In this document: positions 51,870 through 64,000 of the stretch, piece by piece
How positions within the stretch are numbered: the first letter of the stretch is position 1
How the letters are laid out: each line of letters begins with the position of its first letter
Notes under the pieces: model-generated
Told to the model about the DNA's origin: nothing
The model's input: the letters and a program-made list of their open reading frames with translations, nothing else
Databases searched by the model: none
Translations under genes and position numbers: made by a program
Origin: Gnetum montanum
Taxonomy: Eukaryota > Plantae > Gnetophyta
Direction of reading: 5' to 3'
Assembly (NCBI GenBank): GCA_015680685.1
Contig: MNCI01001980.1
Coordinates: forward strand, 9,865 to 73,864
DNA: 64,000 bases

Positions 51870-53360
51870 CTCATGTAGATGTGACAAGATTAGGCATTGG
51901 CCTTTTAAATGATCGTATAGGCAAACATCACATTGATACTTATGATTTGTGGTTGAGCCCCTATCCTCATTTTCTTTAGCCCTTCTTTCTAATTATCAAA
52001 TGATGTTCTATCCTATTTTTAGGTTTGGTATCCTCTATTTGTTTTGGTCATTAAAGTTATCTTATGTGGGTCTCCCTCTAATAATGTCTACATATTCTCC
52101 ACATTTTTCATGTATACACTCTATCATCTTATTGATCTTTGCCTTGATTTCATCTAGTGATTTTAGTATTGGCAAAGGTAGGGATGGTTTTACCTCCTCA
52201 AGGTGAGTCGATTTCTCCTCTTCATAATTATGGACCTCTGTTATTTCAAGAGTTTGGTCCTATTGACATTTTTTAACACTCTCCCATTTGGCTATTTCTC
52301 CTTCTTCTTTTTCTACTTACTTAATAAGCTCTTGGAATTGATGGGTTCATAGTTCATATAGTTGACTTGGGGCATACATCCCTAGGGTCTCCCTTGTTTC
52401 ATTATAGAGCCCATCCATGATGTGATACATTAGACTTTCCTTGGAGAACCCATGGCCTAGGAATTTATTTAACAAAGAGTAATATCTTTCTAAGGCCATG
52501 TCCAAGGGTTCATGTTGCCCTTGTTTCCACTCTTAGATTTGTCTCCTCAAGGCTGACATTCTTGCATAGGTTTGATATCTTTCGTTGAAGAGGTTTACCA
52601 TTGTAGGCCAATGGAAAATTGAATTTAGTTTTAAAGACCTATACCACACTTTAGCTTGGCCAACAAGTGTCATAGGGAAGAGCTTAAGCCTTTTCCACCC
52701 ATTCTCAATGTTGTTCCATACATAGAAATCATAGAAGGCTTGTAAATGATTTTGCAGATTTGAATCATAGCCTCCTGAGAACTTAGGAAAGTTGTTTAAA
52801 TGAAGCTTGGATAGATGACTTTCCTTGCGATGCTTACAAGATATCTAAATAGCCTCTATTATATGCATTAGGCTCTTAGTGGCCAACAGGGGTTCATCAT
52901 CACTAAGTAGGTTGTGAGTTCATGAATTGGGACAATGTTTTCTGTGTTCATGTTGGCATTCTTGATTTTTCCCATGGGTTCAATTTTTATTTCTACATCA
53001 ACCCCTTAAGGAATAGTCATCTGGGTGACAACCCAACGTTGAAAGAGCAGAGGAAGAGAGGGAACTAGAAGGCTTGTCATGACTTTTGTAAGTCTCCCAA
53101 TAATCGCCTGATGTATTCTTTCTACCCATTAAGAAGGTCCTAGGCCTTATGGGCCCCCTTATTCTAGGGGATGTCCCATCATCACTAGAAGTGTTTGGGT
53201 TGGATGAAAAAACCCCTTGAGTATCATTGGGGTGTCTATGAACATATGAAACTCTTGCATAAGATTGAGTACTCCAAAATTCTTCTTCATCATAACTTTC
53301 ATTGGTTATTCAATGAATTTCCTCACTAGATGTTGCATTATCATTATCTTGTGAAAGAGA
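51870..53360 (-). pseudogene. gag of Athila-type element 2, degenerate
   Basis: FPKFSGGYDSNLQNHLQAF, ENGWKRLKLFPMTL and GHGFS, homologous to 14449-15435. Confidence 0.8.
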
Positions 53361-53495
53361 CATTGTCGTAAATTGTGTAACTTAATTGAATTTAATTTCT
53401 TTGTCTACAAGATATATTGTTAATAAGTTGTTACAATGATCTTGTATGATATAACTAATCTAGATAACTAGCACCATCCCCAACAATAGTGCCAT

Positions 53496-54291
53496 TGATG
53501 AGTGACAAGGTACCCCTACGCTCAACCATATGAATATGAGCATGTACGCACGATCTGGTCGAACTCTACGAATGGACTAGTTGTGGCATCTAGATAGTTA
53601 TACGTTGATTACAGTTCGCTGTCTTCCCATTTGGACTAGTAGTAGCTTTATCACGTATGGTTTAGTGTAGGGTGAGGCACATGATGTTGTCCTAACTCTA
53701 TGTTACACCTAATTACAAAGAAGATAAATTGATTAAATTAACAATAAGAGTAAAACCTAAATTAGCCTATGATGATGGTATCTATCCTTAATCGTTTATA
53801 CATGTCTTGGAATTTGTTGGATTACTGCTGGGTGTACCAAGTATTCACACTTAAATGCTCATGATTAAGGTGTACACATTCCGTTTAATGATACAAAATG
53901 TAAATAACAATAAATCAGATTGTAATTAAAGAAAACATTAAATAATTAAATAATTAAAACAATAAAATTAATCTAAGTGAATGCTGCAATGATGAAAGTA
54001 ATCTCGATCTTTATTTTTGGTCATGCACATGTTCAAGTACGTCACACTTGAACAAAGGTGCCATAAAATTACAAACATCACACTATGGGCATGCACTGAG
54101 AATAACTGAAAGCTAAACTACCAAAAGAAAAGAACTCTAACTCTCTAACAATCTAATTTGTTCCCTCACTATGCACCTAAGTGCTGTATTTATAGGCTAA
54201 CACAAGAATCATGATATCGTGTATATGATATCGTATCTAGGCTACGATATCGCGTACTCAATATCGGGGTTTGGCAAACCACGATTCATCA
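53496..54291 (-). repeat. 5' LTR of Athila-type element 2
   Basis: Direct repeat of 44305-45100, adjacent to the PBS. Confidence 0.95.
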
Positions 54292-54444
54292 GCCTAGAAA
54301 GAAAATGAAGAAATCAACTTATGAAAATGTTTTTAATAAAAAAATTATTTAATTAAAAATCAAAGGTGATTCATATCACATGTATGTGAGAAAAGAAAAC
54401 ATAGTTTATAAATTTAAAACATAAACAAATATGTTATACAAGTA

Positions 54445-54545
54445 TCATATCCTCATCATCCTAGCCTTATCCCAACAAAATGGGGTTGGATACATGAGTT
54501 TCTTTCATCATTTTCCTCTATGAAGAGCTAGATCTTTGTTTATTT
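54445..54545 (-). mobile_element. RTE-clade LINE 3' end fragment
   Basis: The - strand reads CATGTATCCAACCCCATTTTGTTGGGATAAGGCTAGGATGATGAGGAT, the typical plant RTE stem-loop tail plus microsatellite. Confidence 0.65.
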
Positions 54546-54931
54546 GCAAATTGTATCATATGCATATGTTATATATATCCTTTTATTTTTTCACTACCTT
54601 AATTTTTTTTTTGAAAAATGAAAACCCTTTCATTTACTATTCTTTCATACCAAAATCATTTTCTATCTAGTTTCTTTGTTTTAAAGCCAGTTGTAGCTTG
54701 GTTCTTTTATTTCTAAACATGTACCAAGCCATAGTTTCATGATGCATGTGATTCTTTTACTTATAAATAGATTATGGCCTTTAGGATGTCTTATTTTAGT
54801 CTATGAAAATTTTTTGGCATGTTAGTTTAGGGTAGAGTCAAAGTCTATTGTAAGAATTTGCAAGAATTTTGTGGTATTTTGACCATTATGGACTTTTTTC
54901 TATTTTGGATTTGGATCATAAAATAATATTT

Positions 54932-54962
<31 letters not shown>

Positions 54963-54980
54963 CTCTATGTGTGTGTGTGG
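54932..54980. repeat. Compound (TA)n(TG)n microsatellite
   Basis: Directly visible in the sequence. Confidence 0.9.
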
Positions 54981-56634
54981 TTGGGTTTTCTCAATTGGTA
55001 ACGAAAGCTATGAATCTTTTAGATGCCCCTATTTGCATGTAGTAGTGGAATATTCCTTAATAGGATCTAGCCCATGGAAACAATGGTTTGGATGCATTTG
55101 GTACCTTACATTTTGATTTGTAAGTTCATTTGAGGCTAGAAAACTAGTTGAGACCATGGCATTAAGTGGTATACAATAAGGCATAGTCAAGACCTATCCT
55201 TCTGATGATATGTGTGTCTCGCCTATTAATGATGCTAGTAGTAAGGCTATTGTCAAGACTTATCCATGAGTGGCTCATTTGGGATCACAATGATTCTTCG
55301 ATGATAATAGTAAGGTTATTTTTAAGACATATCAGTATATTCTTTTGGTAGTGAGAGTTATCAAGAGCTAGCCCTCGGAGATGCTTGGATAAACTATATA
55401 ATCTTTGGATTTTATGACATCTTTAAATATTAAATAATTAACAGGATAATCTAATGTTATAGTGAGTCTATTCCAAGACTTGTTAGTATAATCCTTTTGA
55501 TAATGAGAATAACCAGGACCTAGCCTTCGGATATTTCTTGATAAAATATAAAATATTTAGATTTAAAAAAATTTTGTGGCATTTTTGGACTTCAATAAAT
55601 TTTTGAATATTTAATTGAAAATCTTTGTCTAGCATGTATCTTGAGACTTTTGGTCCAAAATTTTTATGCTCCATGAATAAGGAAATAAAATAACCTTTCT
55701 TATTTGAGTGGTTTTAACTCTTCTTTTATTTTGATGTAGAGGAACTTTAGAAGAGGAACATGGGATAACAAATGGATCAATTCTATACAAGATGGACTCT
55801 CTATATTTGAAAAATAAATTTTTTATATTTTGTAAAGTAGAAACATTGTACACTTTTGAATATATGAGATATTTATCTATTTTTATGAATAAATTATAAA
55901 ATATAATAGATATGAAATTACCATATATGCCATTTGGATTATGACATTGCAAGGATTATTTTTCATTTTGGCATGCATTATATGTTTGAGAAAAATAATA
56001 TTAGTTTATTATATATTAATTTGTTATTATTATTAGTTAATTTGATAAACTTCAAACATGAATATCTTTATTTCTAAATGTTTGATTGAAGTAAAATAAG
56101 TCTCATTGGAATCATTATTATGTACTCTTTACTAATATAACTAGTTACATTTTTTGGCATCTACATTTTTGGAGTACTACTAATTTTCATTTTTTTTCAA
56201 ATTAATTTTAATTAATTATTTATGTAAGTAATAAAAAATTTTGTTACATTATATTGCTATATTGTATTTATGCTTCTAATGGGTAATTTTTATTTATTCT
56301 ACAACTACTTTTTGAATTAGTAAATTAAGGTTAAATTTAGATTCGTAGGGTTTGTTAGCATTTCTATTTGTTATTTATAAGATTTTATAGATAATTAATA
56401 TGGGTGTTACATGCATGACATCAAAGAAAGGATTTTTTATTGGATGTGAGAATATTAAATTCTTTTATACATTATTTGATATGTTTGATATTTTCTAAAT
56501 ATGATTTAGTATAAAATAAGGGGAACAAGTTCAATGATATTCCATCCAAAAATTTCCAATATTCCCAAGCAACTTAAAATTAGGTGTTTGATAAATTGTT
56601 AATTTAACTTTAAAATCCAAATGATAATAATCAT

Positions 56635-57303
56635 TGATGAGTGGCGAGGTACCCCTGCTAATGTTAATAAAGTCCAGAGTGAGGTGTATGATGTGTTTCT
56701 ATGCTAATGCTACTCCTAAAAGCAATGGAAGATAATATTAACTAAGTTAAGAGAGAAGGGTGAGAGAGAATCTAAGCTAGCCTAAGTGCGATGAGTATCC
56801 ATTCCTCAATCATCCATACACATCTTGGACTTTGTGCATGACTACCACTGGGATTACCAAACACAAATCATAGGTACGCTATTGGGTTACCAAGTAGTCA
56901 CACTTAAATTCTCGTAATCAAGTCGTACTCATTCCGTGTTACTAGGATTTTAGGATGAAGAGATATTAACTAAGAAAGTAGTAAATAACAATTAAATAAA
57001 TAATTAAGCTAGGTGAATGCTGCAATGATGAAGTAATCTTGATCTTTATTTCTGGTCATGTGCGTGTCCAAGTACGTCACACTTGAATAAGGATGCTGTA
57101 CAATTACAATCATCACACTACGGGCATGCACTGGGAGGAAAAGGGTTTAGAGGAAAAACAAAAACTAAAATCAAAACTAAAAACTAAAAATCCCCCTATT
57201 GGAACTATCTACCTCTTATTTATAGATGAAGAGACAGGCTACGATATCGCATACGCAATATCACATACGCGATATTGCGGTTGACTAAAATGGTTACTTA
57301 TCA
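56635..57303 (-). mobile_element. Solo LTR of the Athila-type family
   Basis: Termini TGATGAG...CTTATCA; TSD ATCAT at 56630-56634 and 57304-57308; block similarity to the other LTRs. Confidence 0.92.
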
Positions 57304-57329
57304 ATCATAATGAGGGGTCAAACTATGAA

Positions 57330-57640
57330 GGAAATAAGAAAGATCAGAGACAATTAATTTATAGTTTTAGGAGGCTAAATACTCCTACCTTTTAAGAATC
57401 TGAAGAAGCCATTACTACTATGGAATGGATGAAGGAGTTGAAGAGAGGATTTTGAATTTTTTATTGCACTAGTGTTGAGAATACCTCTTTAGCTCTATAT
57501 TAGTTAGAAGATGTTAAGCCATGGTGGAATGTAGAGAAAATAATTATACATTAGAAGGATGAAGAAATAGATTAGAAATAATTCATTGCAATTTTCAAGT
57601 ATCTATATCTCTTTAAAACCTATCATGAAAAGAAAGAACA
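57330..57640 (+). pseudogene. Degenerate Ty3/gypsy gag fragment
   Basis: FRRLNTPTF...EWMKELKRGF...LEDVKPWW gag-like motifs across frameshifts. Confidence 0.5.
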
Positions 57641-57666
57641 TAATGAAACACCACAAAAAATTACAT

Positions 57667-60600
57667 GTTATGACCAATTTTTATCATGTAGCTTTCGCCC
57701 TATGAAACCCAAGGTAAAACTTCATTGTAAATGTGAAGATTGAAACCCATAAGAGGAAATTTCACATACTTCATACTTTTGGAGTTGGAAAATGCCTCAT
57801 AAGTAGTCAAAGACTCATTCTTCAAGTAAAAAAAAAAGTCATCTAGTATTTATATTTTGGCTTGGAGGTCAAAAATGGCAATTTAATGGATTGTTTTNGA
57901 AGCCACAAAAGCCAAATTTCATCACTCCATGCACTCCAACATTGGTCAACCACTTTAATAAGCATGGTAGAAGGCTTAACATGTAAGATTCATCTCCAGC
58001 ATAGAAGATGTGCCCTTGTTACTATTTATAGTAAATCAAATGGCCATGGGGGTTTAGCACTTACTATACATACTAACCCCCAAATTTTGGCACCCATCTC
58101 ACTTGTACAAGGCAAAAAGTTACAGCAATTTGACAACCAATTTGCAATGATTATGTAGCTAAACTACAACCAAATTACAACCATTTTGTAGCATCATTCA
58201 CAGCCTAAAACCTATAAAACCAAAACCCAAACACCATTTATAGGTTTGAGAATTTTTACAGTGATACAATCTTAGTAGTTTCGCAATTTTTCACAATTTC
58301 ACACTTCAGCATTTCTAAGCATTGAAGAGCCCTGGCAATCTCCCATGCTTGTATTATCTTAAGCCCCAGCATGGAAGCATTGTAGCCTTTGCAAACCCCA
58401 TGAAACTTGTGAATTTTTGGTATCAATGTTGCATTTCTAGGACTTTCAACCCCTAACATGGAGCAAGTTGGCAACCAAATTTCTCACTTTTCTCATCCCT
58501 CAGCAGTAACTCAGATTGTAGATCTATAGTTTGCAACAGAGGAGGCTTGAAATCATCAAGAGTGGCTTTGTACCTAGATCATGGAGCAAATCATATCAGC
58601 TTCAATGGGCTTTGAACTTCTACCTTAGTGAACCCTCCTTTGCTCTTACATGGGCATTTCTTGTACAAATTTCTGAAACTCATTCTTTATTATTTTAATA
58701 AAGTTTTTAAAGTTTCATTTTATGTGTAATTTGCATTTTCTTTTCGTTTTAAAGATATGTGATTTTTGCATTTTATTTTTTCAATTTGCCATTTTTCATT
58801 TCATAAGTCCCTAGGTGATTTTTGTGACTAGATCTATCTTTCCCATAGCTAATGTTACAAGTTGAAATCCTTTTTTTATTTTTTCAACCAAAACTTTCAA
58901 AAAAATCAATGTTGCCTCTTCCCCCTTGTGAGGAAAACTATAGTGTGGAATGTGCAAGTGGTTGGGTGTTGGCTTTTTGCAGCAACTACTATGAATTTTT
59001 CAGCCCAAAGCCAATGTTGAAACATTTCATACTTTTTTCTTTTTACTATTAATTTTTTTCCATTATCTAAAGTGGATGGTGCAATCCTTTTGAAAATCAT
59101 CAAACTTTTGAAAGTCAACTTCTCCCCATCTTTCCTAGCTAAGAAAATTGGTAACATGCTAAAATTGAGTCTAGTGGAAAACACCAACTTTTCACTTTGG
59201 TTTTTAGCCTTTTTCCCCTCATCAACATTGGATTAGAGAGGAGTGAGATTTCCCCCATCTCATCCCCCTTCCTTTTCCCCCTATCATGCTTAGCATAGAG
59301 GTAGTTGGGAGGCCAACATGAGTGAGGCTTCATACCAACGTTCCTAGGTTTCTATTTTTGGTAAGGGGCTAAACCCCTATTACCCCTACTTACTAATTAT
59401 AGAAAGTGCTTCATTTTCAATAGTTTTTACTTCCTTTGATCATTTTTGAGTTCCACTTGTTGGGATTTACTTCTATTTTTGCCTTTTATAACCCATTGTA
59501 AGCCATTTTTGATAAAATAACCATGTCTTTCTAGCAGTCCACCAAATTGCCTCTCACCTTCATTGGCAAAAGTCCTATCCAACAAACCATGAGGGTTTAT
59601 GACCTCAAAGACCTTGCTATCATCTAATGTAGGAAATCTTTGAGGATTAGAGGAAAAATTCTTGATTTTTTGGCCATAAATGAAGATCGATATAATTACA
59701 TTTGTGCCAAAATACAGGCTGGCACACTAATTCCATGTTTGAAAGAAAAAGCTAAAATGGAGTTCAAACTCATCTACTACAATGGTAAGGAGTACATCCC
59801 TTCCTCTTGTGATCAAATATTTCTAGCCAATATCTATGTGGGTATCCTAGCCTAATTGATTGAGATGGAGGAAGAAGATGGCAAGCACACTTTGAAGGAG
59901 CAATAGGAAGAGAAGGATGAATTTAAGGTAGAATCTAAGCCCAAAAACATATTGGGGGGATTTTTCCAATAAGCAACCCCAAAGGCCATTTAGCCTTCCC
60001 CTCATGCCTTTATTTTCTTCATGGGAATGGTACCACCATCTTCCACCTCCTCCTACCCTACCATGGTTGATCCCACACTAGTCATAGCCATGCATCAAAC
60101 TTAATCGATGCCATAGTCCATGACCTATAATCCACAAATGCCTTTTTTCATATAGCCCTGATTTCTACAACCATCAATGGTAGTTTTGACTACCACAAAT
60201 CCACTAACTACCCATGTGGGATCTACTATGGGACCCTAAGAAACTCAAGGGTCACACATCCCATTTATCCCATTTGTGCCTTAGGTACTAGGCACAAACA
60301 TCCTTTTCCTTGTTTGGCCCACAAGCTACGACCATAATGCAACCATTTCCTTCTATATTACAACCAATAGCAAGGCCACAAGCCTCAAAAAAAATGTTAC
60401 ATTCATATGTATAGACCCCGTAGCCAATAGGACCTTGGATTGGGCTTTCCAAATGATGTAGGACCTAACTAAGGAGTCAAGGAGGCTCAAAGCCTTTACT
60501 TCCCAAAGTGTCAAGATTATGAATTTGTACTAGGATGATCCCATTAGTCCTAAGGTCCCACCTTGGACACTTCCTCTTAGTGTCCCTAATCCTAGTTTAG

Positions 60601-63600
60601 TAAATACAATGGAGAATGTGACTTGAATGCTCACCTTATAACCTTTAGATCTAAGTACTTACTCTTGCAAACATGGCATCATACTATCATGAGAATTTTT
60701 CCTATGTCCTTGTCTAGGAAAGCACTTGATTGATACCACACCTTATCTAGAGGATCCATATCCTCTCTTGGGGACTTAATAGCCTAGTTCATCAACTACT
60801 TTGATTATAAATTGAAGCCTGAAACCATGCTTAACCAACTCATGAAGGTCAAGTAGGGATCCCTTGAGCCCACATAGAAGTTCATCCAATGGTGGAATGG
60901 ACTATTGAATGAAATACTAGAACCCATTGTCGAGGCCCATCTTTTAGGCATATTCAAGGAGATAGTTAATGACTTCATCAAGTCAAAACTTTACTATCTT
61001 AACTTGCAGTCCCTTAGCCAAGTGTTTTCCCAAACCAAAAACATAGAGGATGTTGTGGAGGCCAATCATGATCTAGCCTACATGGCATATAAAAATCAAC
61101 ATACATGAAGGGGCAAGGATAAGAGCAAAAAAAAAAACATAGTTATAGCAATAGTAACCAAAGAAGTAAAGATCACTAACTAGGGGCCTAGGATCAATCC
61201 ACCCAAAACCCCCACTAATAACCATGATAGCCACTCATCAACATTTGAGGCATCACATCAACTAGCACTAGGTTGAGTTTTGAGCGAAAAGACTGTAGTA
61301 AGTACAAAACCTTACCTTTGAAGCCATCCAAATTGCTAGACCAACTACTAAAGAGTGGATGCATGCAATAAAAAAAATGATCAAAGTTGCTCAAAAGAAG
61401 CATGAGAATCTATGAAAAATAGCCAAGGATTTCACTCGAGCAACAAAGGATAATCCAAAATTAGTTAGGTACTTTAAACTTGATAGCTTTTGCCATTATC
61501 ACCAACTACCTGGTCATGACATAGACTTTTATCTCACGTTGAAGGATGACCTACAAAGGATGATAGATAGGGAGGAGCTAGTCTTAGATGCTTCCAACTT
61601 GGTCAAGCCACAAAATCAGTCAATGCAGATTTACAAAGACCCATTGAATGCTAATGACAGTCCTTACATTATTTTAGCATTCAACATAGATGATGATCAA
61701 AGACCCATAAAAGAACCATACATGATCTAGGTACACCCTTATGAAAAAGGGGCTTCTTTAGCTTCCACTAGCTCAAGATCCCCCTTTGTCATAAGAGTAT
61801 CATCATGAATGCCTTTGAGAGAACATTTTGTCATCAAGGTGTTCTAGCCTAACACAATCCAAGTAGCTATTTCCCAACCAGCTACACAATGATCTCCTAT
61901 GGTGGCTAATGCTATTGCCTCTTCTTGACAACCAGAAAATCTCAACAAAGAAAAAGAGGAAGCAAAAGCAAAAGCCTAGCCACAAGGGTGACAAGTAGAT
62001 AGAGGCATAAAAGGAAGTGGATCATTGAAGCCTAATCCCCTCTCAACTATACCCATGAACTCCTTTTCCCAAACCACTCCAACCAATAAGCCATAGGAGG
62101 ACATCAAAACCCATAACTAGAAGAATGAGAAAAAGGCCCAACAACCATAGCCTAAAGCCAAAGTTCATATTTTGGCATGCATGAAGGAAGTGAAGCACAA
62201 CTAGGGTAATGAGCACATAGCCAGTGATAAAAACTTCTTTAGTTTGATGGATTAGGTCAGATAATCTCTTAAGCAAAAGAATACAACTTTGAGCTTGTAT
62301 GACCTAATCATGACTTGCACCACACATCGTGAGGTGTTAGTTAAGATGTTAACTTCCATCCCCATTAGTGAGGACATCCCTACTAATGAGGAAGCCATCC
62401 ATGTAGTGCTAGTCCCTCCATCATCAAGGGAGGAAAAGTCAACATCCTTAGTATTTCATTATAGTGAAATCAAGGTTAATCCCCAAAATGATGAAGTGAC
62501 TAGGGATCCTCTATTCATAACCATACATGTAGGGTAGTGTAAAGTGCATTGGGTGCATGTTGATGATGGAGTTGCAACAAATGTCATTCCATGCACCATC
62601 ATTGAATGCTTGGGCTTGACTAAGCAATACAACCTACAACAATTATAGCTCTCAAAATTTTGAATGGATCAAGGATTGCTGTTAAGGGGTCTATATCCTT
62701 GAATTTTGTGGCAGAGAAATAATTTTCCACAACTGCCAATTTATTGGTGGTGGTGGAGACACTAGGGTTCAACCTTATCTTGGGAAGACCATGGTTGGCT
62801 TAATTACAGGCCATGTCCTTACCCATCCATCAAAAAATTCACCTTTGTTATGAGGGAGGTGAAGCCATCATTCACAGTGATAGTGTGGTTACTCCGACTA
62901 TCAACAATGTGAACATAGAGTAGGGGTCTGAAGTGGAGCTTTAAGAAGAAGCTCCTAGTCATGAAATCCATCAACCTAAGAGAGAATAGAAAGCCAACAA
63001 TGACAACAATAGGTAATGGGAAACATTATAGGATGAAATTTATTTCAACATCATTAGTGAAGGTGATGGTGAATATAAGCTTGTGCAAAGTAGACCTTAC
63101 TCATTCCCTAATGTTTCAAAGATTAGGAAGAATCTGCACAAGTGAAGTGCACATTAACCTTTTCATGCCCTTATAACTAGATGAACCAATGGTCATGTAG
63201 CCTAACCTTTCTTTCTTAATGTGTTATATCTTCTTATGTACTTTGTTTTACTCTTTATGCATGTAGCCTAAGTTTCTACTTTCATTTGCATTTTTACTTA
63301 TTTATTATAGTCTTTCTTTTTCTTTACTTTTACTCATGTTATAAATATCAAAAAAGCCTTTAAAAATTTAAAACATAAAATTTTCAAAAAATATATAGGC
63401 TTCTCTTCAAAAAAACGTCTACTAAGACTCTAAACTAGTGTCATAGCCCACCATGGCCTTAAACTAGCATCATAGTTTGCTAAGAATTTAAACTGGCAAC
63501 ATGGATCACCATGGCCTTAAATTAGCAAAATAATATAATCTATGTATGCTATGGCCTAAAATTAGCAAACATCTCTTTTATTATATTTTTGTTTAGCCTA
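57667..63600 (+). mobile_element. Ogre/Tat-like Ty3/gypsy element: non-coding 5' region then degenerate gag-protease
   Basis: FCHYHQLPGHDIDFYLTLKDDLQRMID (about 61490-61570), SLYDLIMTCTTHREVL, PLFITI..VHVDDGVATNVIP and FNLILGRPW. Boundaries are approximate. Confidence 0.75.
63425..63575. repeat. Short degenerate tandem repeats (ATGGCCTTAAACTAGCA-like) downstream of the Ogre-like protease
   Basis: About 5 copies of TAAA(C/T)T(A/G)GCA cores. Confidence 0.6.
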
Positions 63601-63602
63601 GT

Positions 63603-64000
63603 TGATGAGTAGCGAGGTATCCCTATGCCCAACCATACAAATCATGAAGCGTTCATGTGCGACTCAGTCAAATTCTATGGATTTTATCATTTCCAGTGCA
63701 CTAGCCCTTTAGGAAGTAAATATAGCCTTAAGGTCCATCGTTGTGCTCCCAATTACACTTGTGATGCATGTTGGTATGGTTAAGTGTAATTGAGGCATTT
63801 GATTTTTACCATTTTATGTTTTATGTTTTAGGTGCTCAAAATGTAGGTAAAATGAATTTGATTAACTAATCTGAATTAATTAACTAACTATTATTAAGCT
63901 AATCCTAAGATAAGTATCCATTCCCACTTTTCCTACATGTCCTAAACCCACATATCCATTGTTGGGTGACCAGATGTTACGCTATTGGGCATACCAAGCA
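63603..64000 (-). mobile_element. Partial LTR of the Athila-type family, running off the window
   Basis: TGATGAGTAGCGAGGTATCCCTATGCCCAACCATA matches the terminus shared by the other LTRs. Confidence 0.85.

Larger units (their letters stand above)
44305..54291 (-). mobile_element. Second Athila-type non-autonomous LTR element, a diverged relative of 7718-16744
   Basis: Two 796-bp LTRs; PBS TGGCACTATTGTTGGGGA (53477-53494); same PPT; colinear gag, small ORF and accessory ORF; no pol. Flanks GTGTA and GCCTA match only 3/5. Confidence 0.9.

Noticed and set aside
55483-55952. Protein-coding ORFs
   Set aside because: AT-rich chance ORFs with no recognisable domain.

Overview
A transposon-dense, AT-rich plant nuclear window; the host species cannot be determined from the sequence. 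Left to right: (1) a CpG-rich stretch with a 3x49-bp repeat; (2) a 5' fragment of an L1 LINE; (3) a near full-length L1 LINE on the - strand (about 5550-20530) whose ORF2 runs in frame past the zf-RVT/'WEVWKIRN' motif into a domain resembling the accessory ORF of LTR retrotransposons; (4) a pol-less Athila-type Ty3/gypsy element nested in that LINE (7718-16744, ATCTT TSD), with a diverged relative at 44305-54291 and several related solo or partial LTRs; (5) the last three exons of an AUGMIN6/HAUS6-like gene with a premature stop; (6) a Mutator-like element with about 600-bp TIRs and an 8-9-bp TSD (27298-38304), carrying a near-complete endogenous Caulimoviridae genome whose 3' end is inverted; (7) degenerate AT-rich DNA, an RTE LINE tail, gag relics and an Ogre/Tat-like gag-protease. 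No intact host gene, rRNA, tRNA or CRISPR array is supported. Family assignments rest on motifs recognised by eye, not on database searches.
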